Below are positions 17,711 through 26,477 of a stretch of 64,000 bases of DNA, piece by piece (position 1 is the stretch's first letter; the number at the start of each line of letters is the position of its first letter). The notes below the pieces were generated by a model. The model saw only the letters and a list, made by a program, of their open reading frames with translations. It had not been told where the DNA came from and did no database searches. Made by a program: the position numbers and the translations under genes. Source of the stretch: a bacterium (GTDB taxonomy: Bacteria; Patescibacteriota; Patescibacteriia; UBA1558; S5-K13); the NCBI GenBank assembly GCA_029555085.1, contig JAKPTO010000014.1, positions 567 to 64,566 on the forward strand, written 5' to 3'.

Positions 17711-19288
17711 TTATTCGTCTTCAAGAGTTTTTTGTGTATTTTCAAAATTTTCACACACCCATTTTATTTTTTCTTTTACTCCAAGTTTTTCCTGCCCGTA
17801 CAAAGTTTCATCTATTTTTTCAAATGGTTCGTCAGAGTACGGTGCTACAGTGGCAATATCATAAACATCAAGATTGCCGTCGAGTGGTTTATTTTTCTCG
17901 TTCCACTTAAAATCTTTACTTCCGTCATAACATTCACCAGTCATTACTCGTTTGAGACGTTTGCTTGTTACATCATTCACAATTCCGTTTGGTGTGGTGT
18001 CGGTTATCTCATTGGCAGTGGCAAGAATAAACTGTCTTTTTCCACCATCTTCCTTATTAAGTTCCAGTACTGCTTGCCCAGTTGTCCCTGAACCAGCAAA
18101 GAAGTCGAGGATAATTAAATTTCTGTTAACTAAACCAATTAAATATTTGATTAGTGATATAGGTTTTGGGTTATCAAATATATTATTTTCTATTATGCTT
18201 ATCAATTCCTTCCCACCATCTTCATTTGTCCCAACCCCACATTCTTCTTTATTTATTATATTTGACGGTTTTTTCTTTCTTTCTCCCTCTCTTTCATACC
18301 TTATAGAGAATTCATTACTTTTTATATAAAATACTGTGCCATTTTTAACCTCTTTGTCTACTGTCTCTTGAGTCCATTTAAAATTACCTCTCAACTCAAA
18401 GTCCTTATCTGCTTTACCGTTTGCTATATTTATATTAGTTAGAAGTTGAGTTTTCTTTTTATAACCATCTTTAAATTCCCCATTAATCTTAAAAATAACA
18501 GAATCCTTATTAAATTTTATTGTTCGTATTGGGTTTCCACTGTTTAACAATGGCATATCTCCACCTACTATTATACCCGCACTCAAACCCTCGTCTCTTT
18601 TTCCATTTTGATAACATAAGACATATTCATATTTTTTTCTTATATCTTTACCCAAGCTGGGGGGGGTAGCGGTTTTATTCCACATAAAATTTGCTAAGAA
18701 ATTACTCTCCTCGAATACCTCATCAAAAAGCCCCTTTACATACGCTTGATTTTTATCATCAATACTACAAAAGATTACCCCATTATCACTTAAAAGCTGT
18801 CTAGCAAGAACTAGGCGCGGATAAAGCATAGAAAGCAGGTTGTCTCTCGTGATGGCATTGTTGTAATTTGTCTGTGCAAACTCTCCCATAGAGTCCTTGC
18901 CATATGGCGGATCAATATAGATCACATCAATCTTTCCGCGGTATTCAATCAGCAAATTGAGAAGTGCATCATAGTTATCTCCGATGATGAGTTTGTGTGT
19001 TTGTGCGTTCTTGTCTTGTACAAAACTCAATTCATTGTTTTTCTTAAAATACTTTATCGTGTCGGTCATTTTCTCCAGTCGTTTGTCAAAGTGAAAGCCT
19101 GTGCGTTTATATGTTGTTCCAAGCTCGGCGATCATAATCGCTTCATTGATAGTATCTGTATTTGTAATGAGTTTTTTCAAGAGATCAGCATTCGTTTTTT
19201 CTATAATCTTGTCGGCAATACGTTTATCTATCTCGGTTATGAGATCGTCTTTAACTTTTCTTATATTGTTTGTTGTAGTATCTTTCAT
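17711..19288 (-). CDS. mod: Type III R-M Mod DNA methyltransferase (beta-class, N6A/N4C)
   Basis: 525 aa; motif IV IDPPYGKD precedes motif I ILDFFAGSGTTG (beta-class order as in Type III Mod); contains a C8/G8 tract. Confidence 0.8.
   Translation of the reverse strand: MKDTTTNNIRKVKDDLITEIDKRIADKIIEKTNADLLKKLITNTDTINEAIMIAELGTTYKRTGFHFDKRLEKMTDTIKYFKKNNELSFVQDKNAQTHKLIIGDNYDALLNLLIEYRGKIDVIYIDPPYGKDSMGEFAQTNYNNAITRDNLLSMLYPRLVLARQLLSDNGVIFCSIDDKNQAYVKGLFDEVFEESNFLANFMWNKTATPPSLGKDIRKKYEYVLCYQNGKRDEGLSAGIIVGGDMPLLNSGNPIRTIKFNKDSVIFKINGEFKDGYKKKTQLLTNINIANGKADKDFELRGNFKWTQETVDKEVKNGTVFYIKSNEFSIRYEREGERKKKPSNIINKEECGVGTNEDGGKELISIIENNIFDNPKPISLIKYLIGLVNRNLIILDFFAGSGTTGQAVLELNKEDGGKRQFILATANEITDTTPNGIVNDVTSKRLKRVMTGECYDGSKDFKWNEKNKPLDGNLDVYDIATVAPYSDEPFEKIDETLYGQEKLGVKEKIKWVCENFENTQKTLEDE
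18659..18666. repeat. G8 (coding-strand C8) homopolymer inside mod
   Basis: ctgg+gggggg read directly; encodes ...ATPPS...; highly unusual in a ~27% GC background. Confidence 0.8.
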
Positions 19289-19358
19289 AGTTTTATTTCA
19301 TTAAATCATCAGTTTTTATTTCAAAGTTTTTTTGCTATATTTATTATGTTTATTATTA

Positions 19359-19441
19359 CAATATTATTTTTTATTTTCTCACAATTCAAACAAAAAGTAA
19401 AATAAAAATTGCCATTTAATAGACAATTTTATATATCATTG
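19359..19441. repeat. composite L+R module (promoter for mod operon plus hairpin) immediately downstream of tRNA-Ser
   Basis: L part 19359-19405 matches 14046-14097 (TTGAAT-N17-TAATAT on minus strand); R part 19397-19441 matches 8561-8606. Confidence 0.55.
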
Positions 19442-19453
19442 TGATAATTGTTT

Positions 19454-19545
<92 letters not shown>

Positions 19546-19583
19546 AATATCGTATATATGAGTATATTTTTTCGTTAATTTAT

Positions 19584-19658
19584 TGGCTGGGGAGGTAGGG
19601 TTCGAACCTACGCATGTCGGCTTCAAAGGCCGATGCCTTACCACTTGGCTACTCCCCA
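19584..19658 (-). tRNA. tRNA-Gln (anticodon UUG), CCA encoded
   Basis: revcomp TGGGGAGTAGCCAAGTGGTAAGGCATCGGCCTTTGAAGCCGAC...GGTTCGAACCCTACCTCCCCAGCCA; closely resembles canonical bacterial tRNA-Gln. Confidence 0.8.
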
Positions 19659-19739
19659 ATAAAAATAATAGATGTAAAATATTATCTCTTATTATTTAAG
19701 AAATGTCAATATCTGTGTATTTATTTAAATGTTTATTAT

Positions 19740-20201
19740 TTATTTTTTCTTGTCAGTATCTTCAACAACATTCACTAGCAAAAATGTTTCACTTTCTTGT
19801 CCTAATTTTATTGCGACTTTATGCTCGCCCAATGTTTTTATGTTTTGCTTTAATTCTATTTTTGAAGCGTCAATTTGTATTCCGTGTTTTTCTTGTAAGA
19901 TTTTTGACAATTGATCTGCGCTTATTCCACCAAATAAATTACCTTCGTTATTTGCCTTTGCGCTGATTGTAATTTTTAATTTAGAAATTTTATTCAATAA
20001 ATTATCTAATTTTTTTTGCTCGTTTATTTCTTTTTGTTTGTTGTTGCGAATTTTATTCTCTAGTTGTTTTATTTTTCTGTCATCAGCTAGTTCTGCTAAT
20101 TTTTGTGGAAATAAAAAATTCAAAGCATATCCAGGGGAAACTTCTTTTATTTCGTCTTTACGCGCTACATTTTTTACATCTTTTATAAATATTACTTTCA
20201 T
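19740..20201 (-). CDS. rplI: 50S ribosomal protein L9
   Basis: MKVIFIKDVKNVARKDEIKEVSPGYALNFLFPQKLAELA N-terminal L9 signature. Confidence 0.85.
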   Translation of the reverse strand: MKVIFIKDVKNVARKDEIKEVSPGYALNFLFPQKLAELADDRKIKQLENKIRNNKQKEINEQKKLDNLLNKISKLKITISAKANNEGNLFGGISADQLSKILQEKHGIQIDASKIELKQNIKTLGEHKVAIKLGQESETFLLVNVVEDTDKKK

Positions 20202-20212
20202 TTTATTGTATT

Positions 20213-21478
20213 TTATTGTAATAATTCTATTGCTTTATCGAGCTGAGGATCTTTGTTGTTATTATATTCCTCGTCAGATATTTTTATTTCAATATCTGGT
20301 TTGATACCCTCTTGATCTATTGCCCGATCATTTGGCGTTAACCATTTAGCTATTGTTAATTTAATTGAAGATCCGTCAGATAATTTTGTTAGATCTTGAA
20401 CACTGCCTTTACCGAATGTTGTTTCTCCCACAATTGTTGCAAGGCCATAATCCTGTAACGCTCCAGCAACTATTTCTGCTGCAGAGGCAGATCCTTGATT
20501 TACTAAAATAACTGTTTTTTTATCTTTTAATTTTGCTACACCATTTGATGAAAAATTTTGGATTTTTTCTTTGTTTTGTGAAACTTCTTTTACTATTATA
20601 TTGTTTTCTACCCAATAACTACTAACTTTTATTGCTGTTGTTAAAAATCCACCGGGATTATTTCTTAAATCTAGTATTATATATTTTTTATTTATAGCAT
20701 TCTGTACTGCTTTTTCAAATAAGGCTTCTGTATCTTGATTAAAATTAGTTATTTTTATATATGCAATATTTTTATCATTTAGTAATTTATCTGTCTGTGC
20801 GTTTCCAGTGCTTGTTTTAATGCTTTCATAATAAATTTCATCTCTTGTTATTGTTATGTCTTTTTCTTTTTCTTCGCCGTGTTTTATTGTAAGAGTAACA
20901 GTTGTGCCTTTATCTCCTCTTATCATTTGCGCGGCTTGACTTGGCGTCATAAATGATGTGTCAATCTGATCTATTGCTAAAATTTTATCACCAGCTTGTA
21001 AACCAGATTTTTCTGCCGGACTATTAGGTAAGGGCGCTATTATTGTTAATTTTTCATCTTTTATACCTATTTCAGCTCCTATTCCTTCAAATTTACCCTC
21101 TAATTCTTCGTTAAACGCTTTTGTTGTGTCTGGCGGTAAAAATATAGAATAAGGATCATTTAAAGAAGCTACGAGCCCAGATAGAGCTCCATAAAACATT
21201 TGAGAGTCCAAAACGCTAGAATCTATATATTTATCTCTTATCGTGTCCCATGTTTTCCAGAAAAGTTTAAAATCAACATTTTTTGATAAATAATCTGGCG
21301 CTTCTGCTTTTTTGTTTTTTAATTCGCCCTTTTGTTCGCCATGTATAAAATTTGGATTATCTGAATTTGATACGCCAACTAAAAGTCCAAGGAAAAAACT
21401 TATTCCAATAAGTATTGTAGTGAAAATAATTTTTTTTGTTTTTTTCAGGTCTTTATTTTGCAGTATTTCATTTTCCAT
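20213..21478 (-). CDS. ctpA: carboxyl-terminal processing protease (S41 family)
   Basis: N-terminal TM, PDZ-like region, ILVNQGSASAAEIVAGALQDYGLATIVGETTFGKGSVQ S41 core. Confidence 0.8.
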   Translation of the reverse strand: MENEILQNKDLKKTKKIIFTTILIGISFFLGLLVGVSNSDNPNFIHGEQKGELKNKKAEAPDYLSKNVDFKLFWKTWDTIRDKYIDSSVLDSQMFYGALSGLVASLNDPYSIFLPPDTTKAFNEELEGKFEGIGAEIGIKDEKLTIIAPLPNSPAEKSGLQAGDKILAIDQIDTSFMTPSQAAQMIRGDKGTTVTLTIKHGEEKEKDITITRDEIYYESIKTSTGNAQTDKLLNDKNIAYIKITNFNQDTEALFEKAVQNAINKKYIILDLRNNPGGFLTTAIKVSSYWVENNIIVKEVSQNKEKIQNFSSNGVAKLKDKKTVILVNQGSASAAEIVAGALQDYGLATIVGETTFGKGSVQDLTKLSDGSSIKLTIAKWLTPNDRAIDQEGIKPDIEIKISDEEYNNNKDPQLDKAIELLQ

Positions 21479-21482
21479 TGAT

Positions 21483-22739
21483 CTATTCCTCTCTTTTTAT
21501 ATTTGCTCCTAATTTGTTTAGTCTTTTTTCTATGTTTTCATATCCTCTGTCTATTTGTTGAATATTGTCAATGTGAGTTTCTCCTTGAGCAATAAGACCA
21601 GCAATAAGCATTGCAAGACCAGCTCTTATGTCAGGACTTTCCATTTTTTTCGCAGATAATTTCACTGGTCCATTTATTACAACTCTATGTGGGTCGCACA
21701 AAACTAATTTTGCACCCATTCTAGAAAGAAAATCTGTAAAAAATAATCTACTCTCATAAATTGTTTCGTGCATCATACTCATTCCATTTGCCTGTGTTAA
21801 AAGAACAGTATAGCAACTTTGAAGATCTGTCGGAAATCCAGGATATTCATGAGTTGTAATATCTACAGGTTTTAATTTTTTAAAATCTTTTATCTGTATA
21901 TAATTTTTTCCGATTTCTAAATTAACTCCCATTTGATTTAGGATTTTTATAGGAATTTCTAAATGACTTGGATCGCATTTGGTGATTTTAATATTGCTTC
22001 TAGTCGCTATTCCGATACATAAAAAACTCCCAGCTTCAATTCTGTCGGGAATTATTGTAAATTCTGTTGATTTTAATTTTTTAACTCCGTTTATAGTTAT
22101 GCTATGCGTTCCTGCTCCAACTATATTAGCCCCCATTTGATTAAGCATTTCACAAAGAGCAGCTACTTCTGGTTCACATGCTGCATTTTTTATTTCAGTT
22201 TTTCCATGCGATAAGACCGCTGCCATAATTAATGCTTCAGTTCCCGTGTGGCTAATTTTAGGAAATACATATTTACACCCACGCATTCCATTATTTATAA
22301 ATCTATATATTCCATTGTGAATTTCAATTTTTACATTCATGTCCCTTAGAAAATCTAAAAAAAAGTTAATCGGTCTTTTTCCTATTACACAACCGCCTGG
22401 GTGAGGAATTTCTACAATTTTAAATCTGTGAAGAAGCGGAGGAACAAACATAAGAGATGTTCTTATTTTTCTCGCGGTTTCGCTATTGAGTTTTTTGGGA
22501 TTTATGTTTTTTGCTGTAATTGCAATAGAATCTTTGCTTAATTTTTCAATCTTTGCTCCGAGATCTTTTAAAATTTCTATAGATAGATTAATATCAATAA
22601 TATTGGGTAGATTTTTTAGCACAACTCTTTCTTCCGTGAGAAGTGTTGCTGGAATAGCTTTTAACGCATTATTTTTAGCTCCTTTGACATCTATTTGTCC
22701 CTGGAGCTTTGCACCTCCTTGAATAATAAATTTAGGCAT
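21483..22739 (-). CDS. murA: UDP-N-acetylglucosamine 1-carboxyvinyltransferase
   Basis: 418 aa; KLQGQIDVKGAKNNALKAIPATLL N-terminus typical of MurA/EPT family. Confidence 0.8.
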   Translation of the reverse strand: MPKFIIQGGAKLQGQIDVKGAKNNALKAIPATLLTEERVVLKNLPNIIDINLSIEILKDLGAKIEKLSKDSIAITAKNINPKKLNSETARKIRTSLMFVPPLLHRFKIVEIPHPGGCVIGKRPINFFLDFLRDMNVKIEIHNGIYRFINNGMRGCKYVFPKISHTGTEALIMAAVLSHGKTEIKNAACEPEVAALCEMLNQMGANIVGAGTHSITINGVKKLKSTEFTIIPDRIEAGSFLCIGIATRSNIKITKCDPSHLEIPIKILNQMGVNLEIGKNYIQIKDFKKLKPVDITTHEYPGFPTDLQSCYTVLLTQANGMSMMHETIYESRLFFTDFLSRMGAKLVLCDPHRVVINGPVKLSAKKMESPDIRAGLAMLIAGLIAQGETHIDNIQQIDRGYENIEKRLNKLGANIKREE

Positions 22740-22828
22740 ACTATTATATAATTATATTGCTTATAATTGATATTTTACCTGAAAACAACAGCTTATGCAA
22801 ATATTTAATTTTTTAATTTATTAAATCT

Positions 22829-24148
22829 ATGCACATCGCTTTAAGAAAAATTTTAGTTTATATTTCAGTAATAATTTTTATTATTGCTTCTGCTTTTTTT
22901 ATTTTTTTATCATTTGGATATAGATATTCTTTTACAAAAAGGAAATTTGAAAAAACATCTGTTGCATATATTAAATCATATCCAAGGGGCGCAGATGTAT
23001 TTATAAATAAAAAGAAATACAAAACCAAAACTCCGATTCAGATAAATTATCTAAAACCAGATGTTTACAATATTGGTGTTGTAAAAGATAAATATCAAAA
23101 ATGGAGTAAACAGATTTATATAAAGGCCGAAGAAACAGTTTTTTTAGAAGATATTTCTTTGTTTTACTCAGATCCAGAAATTTCTATACTGAAAGATGGA
23201 TATTTTCAGGAAATTTCTATTTCGCCAAATAAAGAAATGATTTTATTTTACGATAATGAAAATAAAAATATCAATATATTTGATATAAAATCTAATAAAT
23301 TTTCCACTATCGAAAAAAATATTTTAGCAATCAATTATTCATTGTGGTCTCCGGATAATCAAAAATTATTACTTGAAGCAAATGATAAATATTTAATATC
23401 TTTTCCGTATTTAAATAAAACAGTTTTGGATTTATCACAATATTTAAATTTTAAAGTAAAAAGTTTCGCTTGGGACAAGTTTAATTCAAATATGCTTTAT
23501 ATAATTGATACATCTGGTAATTTATATGCATTTGATGTTGTGAATAAAAAATTAGAAAATAAAAAATTGAATAATATTCTTGCCGTCAAACCAGAGGGAG
23601 ATAAATTATTTTATATTCAAAAACAAAAAGATCAAACAATATTTACTTATTATAAAAAAAATCAACAAGATGCCGAATTTATAATTGTTCCATATAGCGA
23701 TAATTATGAATTTTTGGAACCATATAGAGATTATTTTTGTCTTTTAGATAAAAATTCATATAGAATGTATCTTATGGATCCAAATCAGAAAGATTATATT
23801 ATAAAGATACTTTACAATGTAGAAGATGTTTCGTGGGATTTATATAATAGAATTTTACTTTTAAAGAACGATTTAGAGATACGGACCTATGATGTAAAAA
23901 CTCAGGAAGAAAAAACAATAAACAGATCAAGTCAAAAAATAGATAATGTATTTTGGCATAGAAATAATAACCATATATTCTATGAATCAAATAATGAATT
24001 GAAGGTCATAGAACTTGATGATAGATGGGGAAGAAATGAATTTTTAATTACAAAAGATATGACATCGCTACATGTTTTAGAAAATAGACGCGGTAATATA
24101 TTGTATTATGTTACTAAAAATGGGTTTATAAAAAATATTATTCAATAG
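22829..24148 (+). CDS. membrane-anchored PEGA-domain protein with predicted beta-propeller-like repeats
   Basis: 439 aa; N-terminal TM; SYPRGADVFINKKKYKTKTPIQI...PDVYNIGV PEGA-like segment; rest low complexity/repetitive. Confidence 0.45.
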   Translation: MHIALRKILVYISVIIFIIASAFFIFLSFGYRYSFTKRKFEKTSVAYIKSYPRGADVFINKKKYKTKTPIQINYLKPDVYNIGVVKDKYQKWSKQIYIKAEETVFLEDISLFYSDPEISILKDGYFQEISISPNKEMILFYDNENKNINIFDIKSNKFSTIEKNILAINYSLWSPDNQKLLLEANDKYLISFPYLNKTVLDLSQYLNFKVKSFAWDKFNSNMLYIIDTSGNLYAFDVVNKKLENKKLNNILAVKPEGDKLFYIQKQKDQTIFTYYKKNQQDAEFIIVPYSDNYEFLEPYRDYFCLLDKNSYRMYLMDPNQKDYIIKILYNVEDVSWDLYNRILLLKNDLEIRTYDVKTQEEKTINRSSQKIDNVFWHRNNNHIFYESNNELKVIELDDRWGRNEFLITKDMTSLHVLENRRGNILYYVTKNGFIKNIIQ

Positions 24149-24180
24149 TTTTGGCGTTTGGATTTGAAAATTTTTAAAAT

Positions 24181-24208
24181 AAAACAACGACCTCGAGGTC
24201 GTTGTTTT
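24181..24208. terminator. bidirectional rho-independent terminator between convergent genes
   Basis: aaaacaacgacc-tcga-ggtcgttgtttt hairpin flanked by A/T tracts. Confidence 0.7.
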
Positions 24209-24225
24209 GAATTTATACAACAATA

Positions 24226-25212
24226 TTAATCTTTCGTATAATAGTTATTTATATCAAATGGAACATCGTCCTCATCTTTTACTATATTTTTAAAAGGGTT
24301 TTCTTTTGTTTCACTTTTAATTTCTTCTGGACTTTTTATTTCTTCTTGTTCGTTATAAATTTTTCTATATTTTGACGAATAATCATTCATTGTTTGATTC
24401 GCGTGTGATTGCATTAGTTTCATTGTTTCTTTTACAACTTTTTCTGTGGTTTCTTTTATTATTACTTCGATATTTTGAGGAATCGATGTTTTGCTTCTTC
24501 TTGCTAATAAATTGTTTGCTTCAAGCCAGGTATCAATTGATTCCCCTCCATCTGCCCACCAACCAGGAATAATATCATATTTCATGGTTCCTTGCTGAAT
24601 ATAAAAATTATTTACATCAGTAATTTCTAATTCGCCACGACCAGATGGTTTTAGATTTTTTATTACATCCCAAACTTGATTATCATATAAATATAGTCCA
24701 GTAACAGCTAAATTGCCAATAAATTGTTTTGGTTTTTCTACAATTTCTATAATTTTGTCTTTTTCTATTCGAGCAACTCCATAATGTTCTGGATGCTCAA
24801 CTTCTTTTAAGAAAATTCTTGCACCAATCGGAGTTTTTTCGAATGTTTCTATTGTTGTTGTTAAATTGTCTTCAAAAATATTGTCCCCTAACACAACAAC
24901 CATTTTATTATCACCAACAAAATCTTTTGTAAGTGATAGCGCCTGAGCAATTCCTCCGGCTTCTTCTTGTATTGCATAAGATAAATTAACTCCAAATTCA
25001 TGACCAGAACCAAGTAATTCTAAAAATCCTCCAGCGTGTCCCCTGCCTGAAACAATCATTATGTCTTTTATGCCCGCATCACGAAGTGTTTCTATTGGAT
25101 AATAAATCATCGGTCTATCGTAAACAGGAAGTAAATGTTTGTTTGTTATTTTTGTAAGTGGATGTAGTCTTGAGCCTGTTCCACCGGCTAATATTACCCC
25201 TTTTAATTTCAT
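24226..25212 (-). CDS. rmlA: glucose-1-phosphate thymidylyltransferase with ~90-aa low-complexity C-terminal extension
   Basis: MKLKGVILAGGTGSRLHPLTKITNKHLLPVYDRPMIYYPIETL typical RmlA N-terminus. Confidence 0.8.
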   Translation of the reverse strand: MKLKGVILAGGTGSRLHPLTKITNKHLLPVYDRPMIYYPIETLRDAGIKDIMIVSGRGHAGGFLELLGSGHEFGVNLSYAIQEEAGGIAQALSLTKDFVGDNKMVVVLGDNIFEDNLTTTIETFEKTPIGARIFLKEVEHPEHYGVARIEKDKIIEIVEKPKQFIGNLAVTGLYLYDNQVWDVIKNLKPSGRGELEITDVNNFYIQQGTMKYDIIPGWWADGGESIDTWLEANNLLARRSKTSIPQNIEVIIKETTEKVVKETMKLMQSHANQTMNDYSSKYRKIYNEQEEIKSPEEIKSETKENPFKNIVKDEDDVPFDINNYYTKD

Positions 25213-25424
25213 ATTATTTTCTCCCCAGCTTTAAACCATTAGATTTTAACTTTTGGTTTTTGGCTTTATATTTATTTTTTTAAGTTTAATATATCTTAGG
25301 TTAATATCTATAAATTTGCAAGCGATTTTTGATATTTTTTATCCACTTGACTTTTTTTTCATTTCTTGTATAATATACAAGTTAGGATAAATAAAATAGA
25401 TATATAATACATAGGAGGATAAAG

Positions 25425-25610
25425 ATGTTTCTTCCCAATTCATCACAGGACGCACCGGATACCAAATGCCCGGTGTGTAATATTGTCTGGAGATTTGGGG
25501 GAACCAAATCCCAGGGAGAATTTTTAGAAATTTGTCCTGCTTGCAAAGAAAAGCAGGACAAAAAAATCCCCCAGGGGAGCTTGCCCCTGGAGGGCACAAA
25601 AAATAATTAG
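25425..25610 (+). CDS. small zinc-ribbon protein (61 aa), compositionally atypical
   Basis: strong SD AGGAGGA 6 nt before ATG; CPVC...CPAC; followed by GGCGC-TTCG-GCGCC-TTTTT terminator; GC much higher than neighbours. Confidence 0.5.
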   Translation: MFLPNSSQDAPDTKCPVCNIVWRFGGTKSQGEFLEICPACKEKQDKKIPQGSLPLEGTKNN

Positions 25611-25628
25611 GCGCTTCGGCGCCTTTTT
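25609..25628. terminator. rho-independent terminator (serves small ORF and convergent rmlD)
   Basis: ggcgc-ttcg-gcgcc + T5. Confidence 0.7.
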
Positions 25629-25636
25629 GCTTTATA

Positions 25637-26476
25637 TTAAGAATCTAAATAATCTTTAAGTGCTTCTTTATAGCTTCGGAGTTTTGGAAATTTTATGTTA
25701 TTTAATATTGCATTGAGTGGTCTTTTTGATTTTGTGGGATATTGAGTATAGCTGATGGGATTTAATTTTGTATTTATATGTTTTATTGAAAAAATTTCTT
25801 TTGCAAAATCAAATGGAGTTATGGGACTCTCATTTACCAAATGATAAACTCCGTGAGGATAATTTTCTTCTATTAATTGTTTTATTGCGAAGCTCAAATC
25901 TTTTGTGTATGTTGGTTTTGAAATTTGATCTGTAATTAAATTTAATTCATCTCTTTCTTTTGCTAATTTTAACATTGTTTCTACAAAATTCATTCCTCTT
26001 TCTTTACCGAGTTGAGGATTTTTTCCATATAACCATGAACTTCTTACTAAATAAAATTTATCTAAATTTTCTTGTAATAATTTTTCACCCAATGCTTTTG
26101 ATTTGCCATAAATATTTATTGGATTTGTGATTGCATTTTCATCATAACCATTTATATTTTCGCCATCAAAAACATATTCTGTACTAATATGTAATAAAAC
26201 ACAAGAGCTGTTTTTACAGGCTCTGGCTAAATTAAGCACTCCATCTGCATTTATTTTGTTTGCTAAATCTTCTTGATCTTCGGCTTTTTCAACATCAATA
26301 TATCCAGCGCAATTTACAATTATTTCTGGTGTGAATTCTTGTAGTGTTGTCTCAATTTGTTCTGGATTTGTAATATCCAGGTCTTCTTTGTCGCTTAGAA
26401 GTAATTCATGATTTTTTAACACCTCAGAAATATCTCTACCTAGCATTCCATTTGCGCCTGTGATTAGTATTTTCAT
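25637..26476 (-). CDS. rmlD: dTDP-4-dehydrorhamnose reductase
   Basis: 279 aa; MKILITGANGMLG Rossmann start; RmlD-like length and motifs. Confidence 0.75.
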   Translation of the reverse strand: MKILITGANGMLGRDISEVLKNHELLLSDKEDLDITNPEQIETTLQEFTPEIIVNCAGYIDVEKAEDQEDLANKINADGVLNLARACKNSSCVLLHISTEYVFDGENINGYDENAITNPINIYGKSKALGEKLLQENLDKFYLVRSSWLYGKNPQLGKERGMNFVETMLKLAKERDELNLITDQISKPTYTKDLSFAIKQLIEENYPHGVYHLVNESPITPFDFAKEIFSIKHINTKLNPISYTQYPTKSKRPLNAILNNIKFPKLRSYKEALKDYLDS

Positions 26477-26477
26477 T

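Noticed and set aside
15857-19405. Plus-strand ORFs antisense to res and mod (15857..16411, 17732..18091, 17952..18329, 18995..19405 etc.)
   Set aside because: Antisense to genes with clear helicase/methyltransferase motifs; Cys/Leu/Phe-rich, typical AT-rich antisense artefacts.
25339-25599. Minus-strand ORFs 25339..25599 and 25382..25597 overlapping the small Zn-ribbon ORF
   Set aside because: No RBS, and they run into the rmlA upstream region. The plus-strand ORF has a near-consensus SD and its own terminator, so it is preferred.
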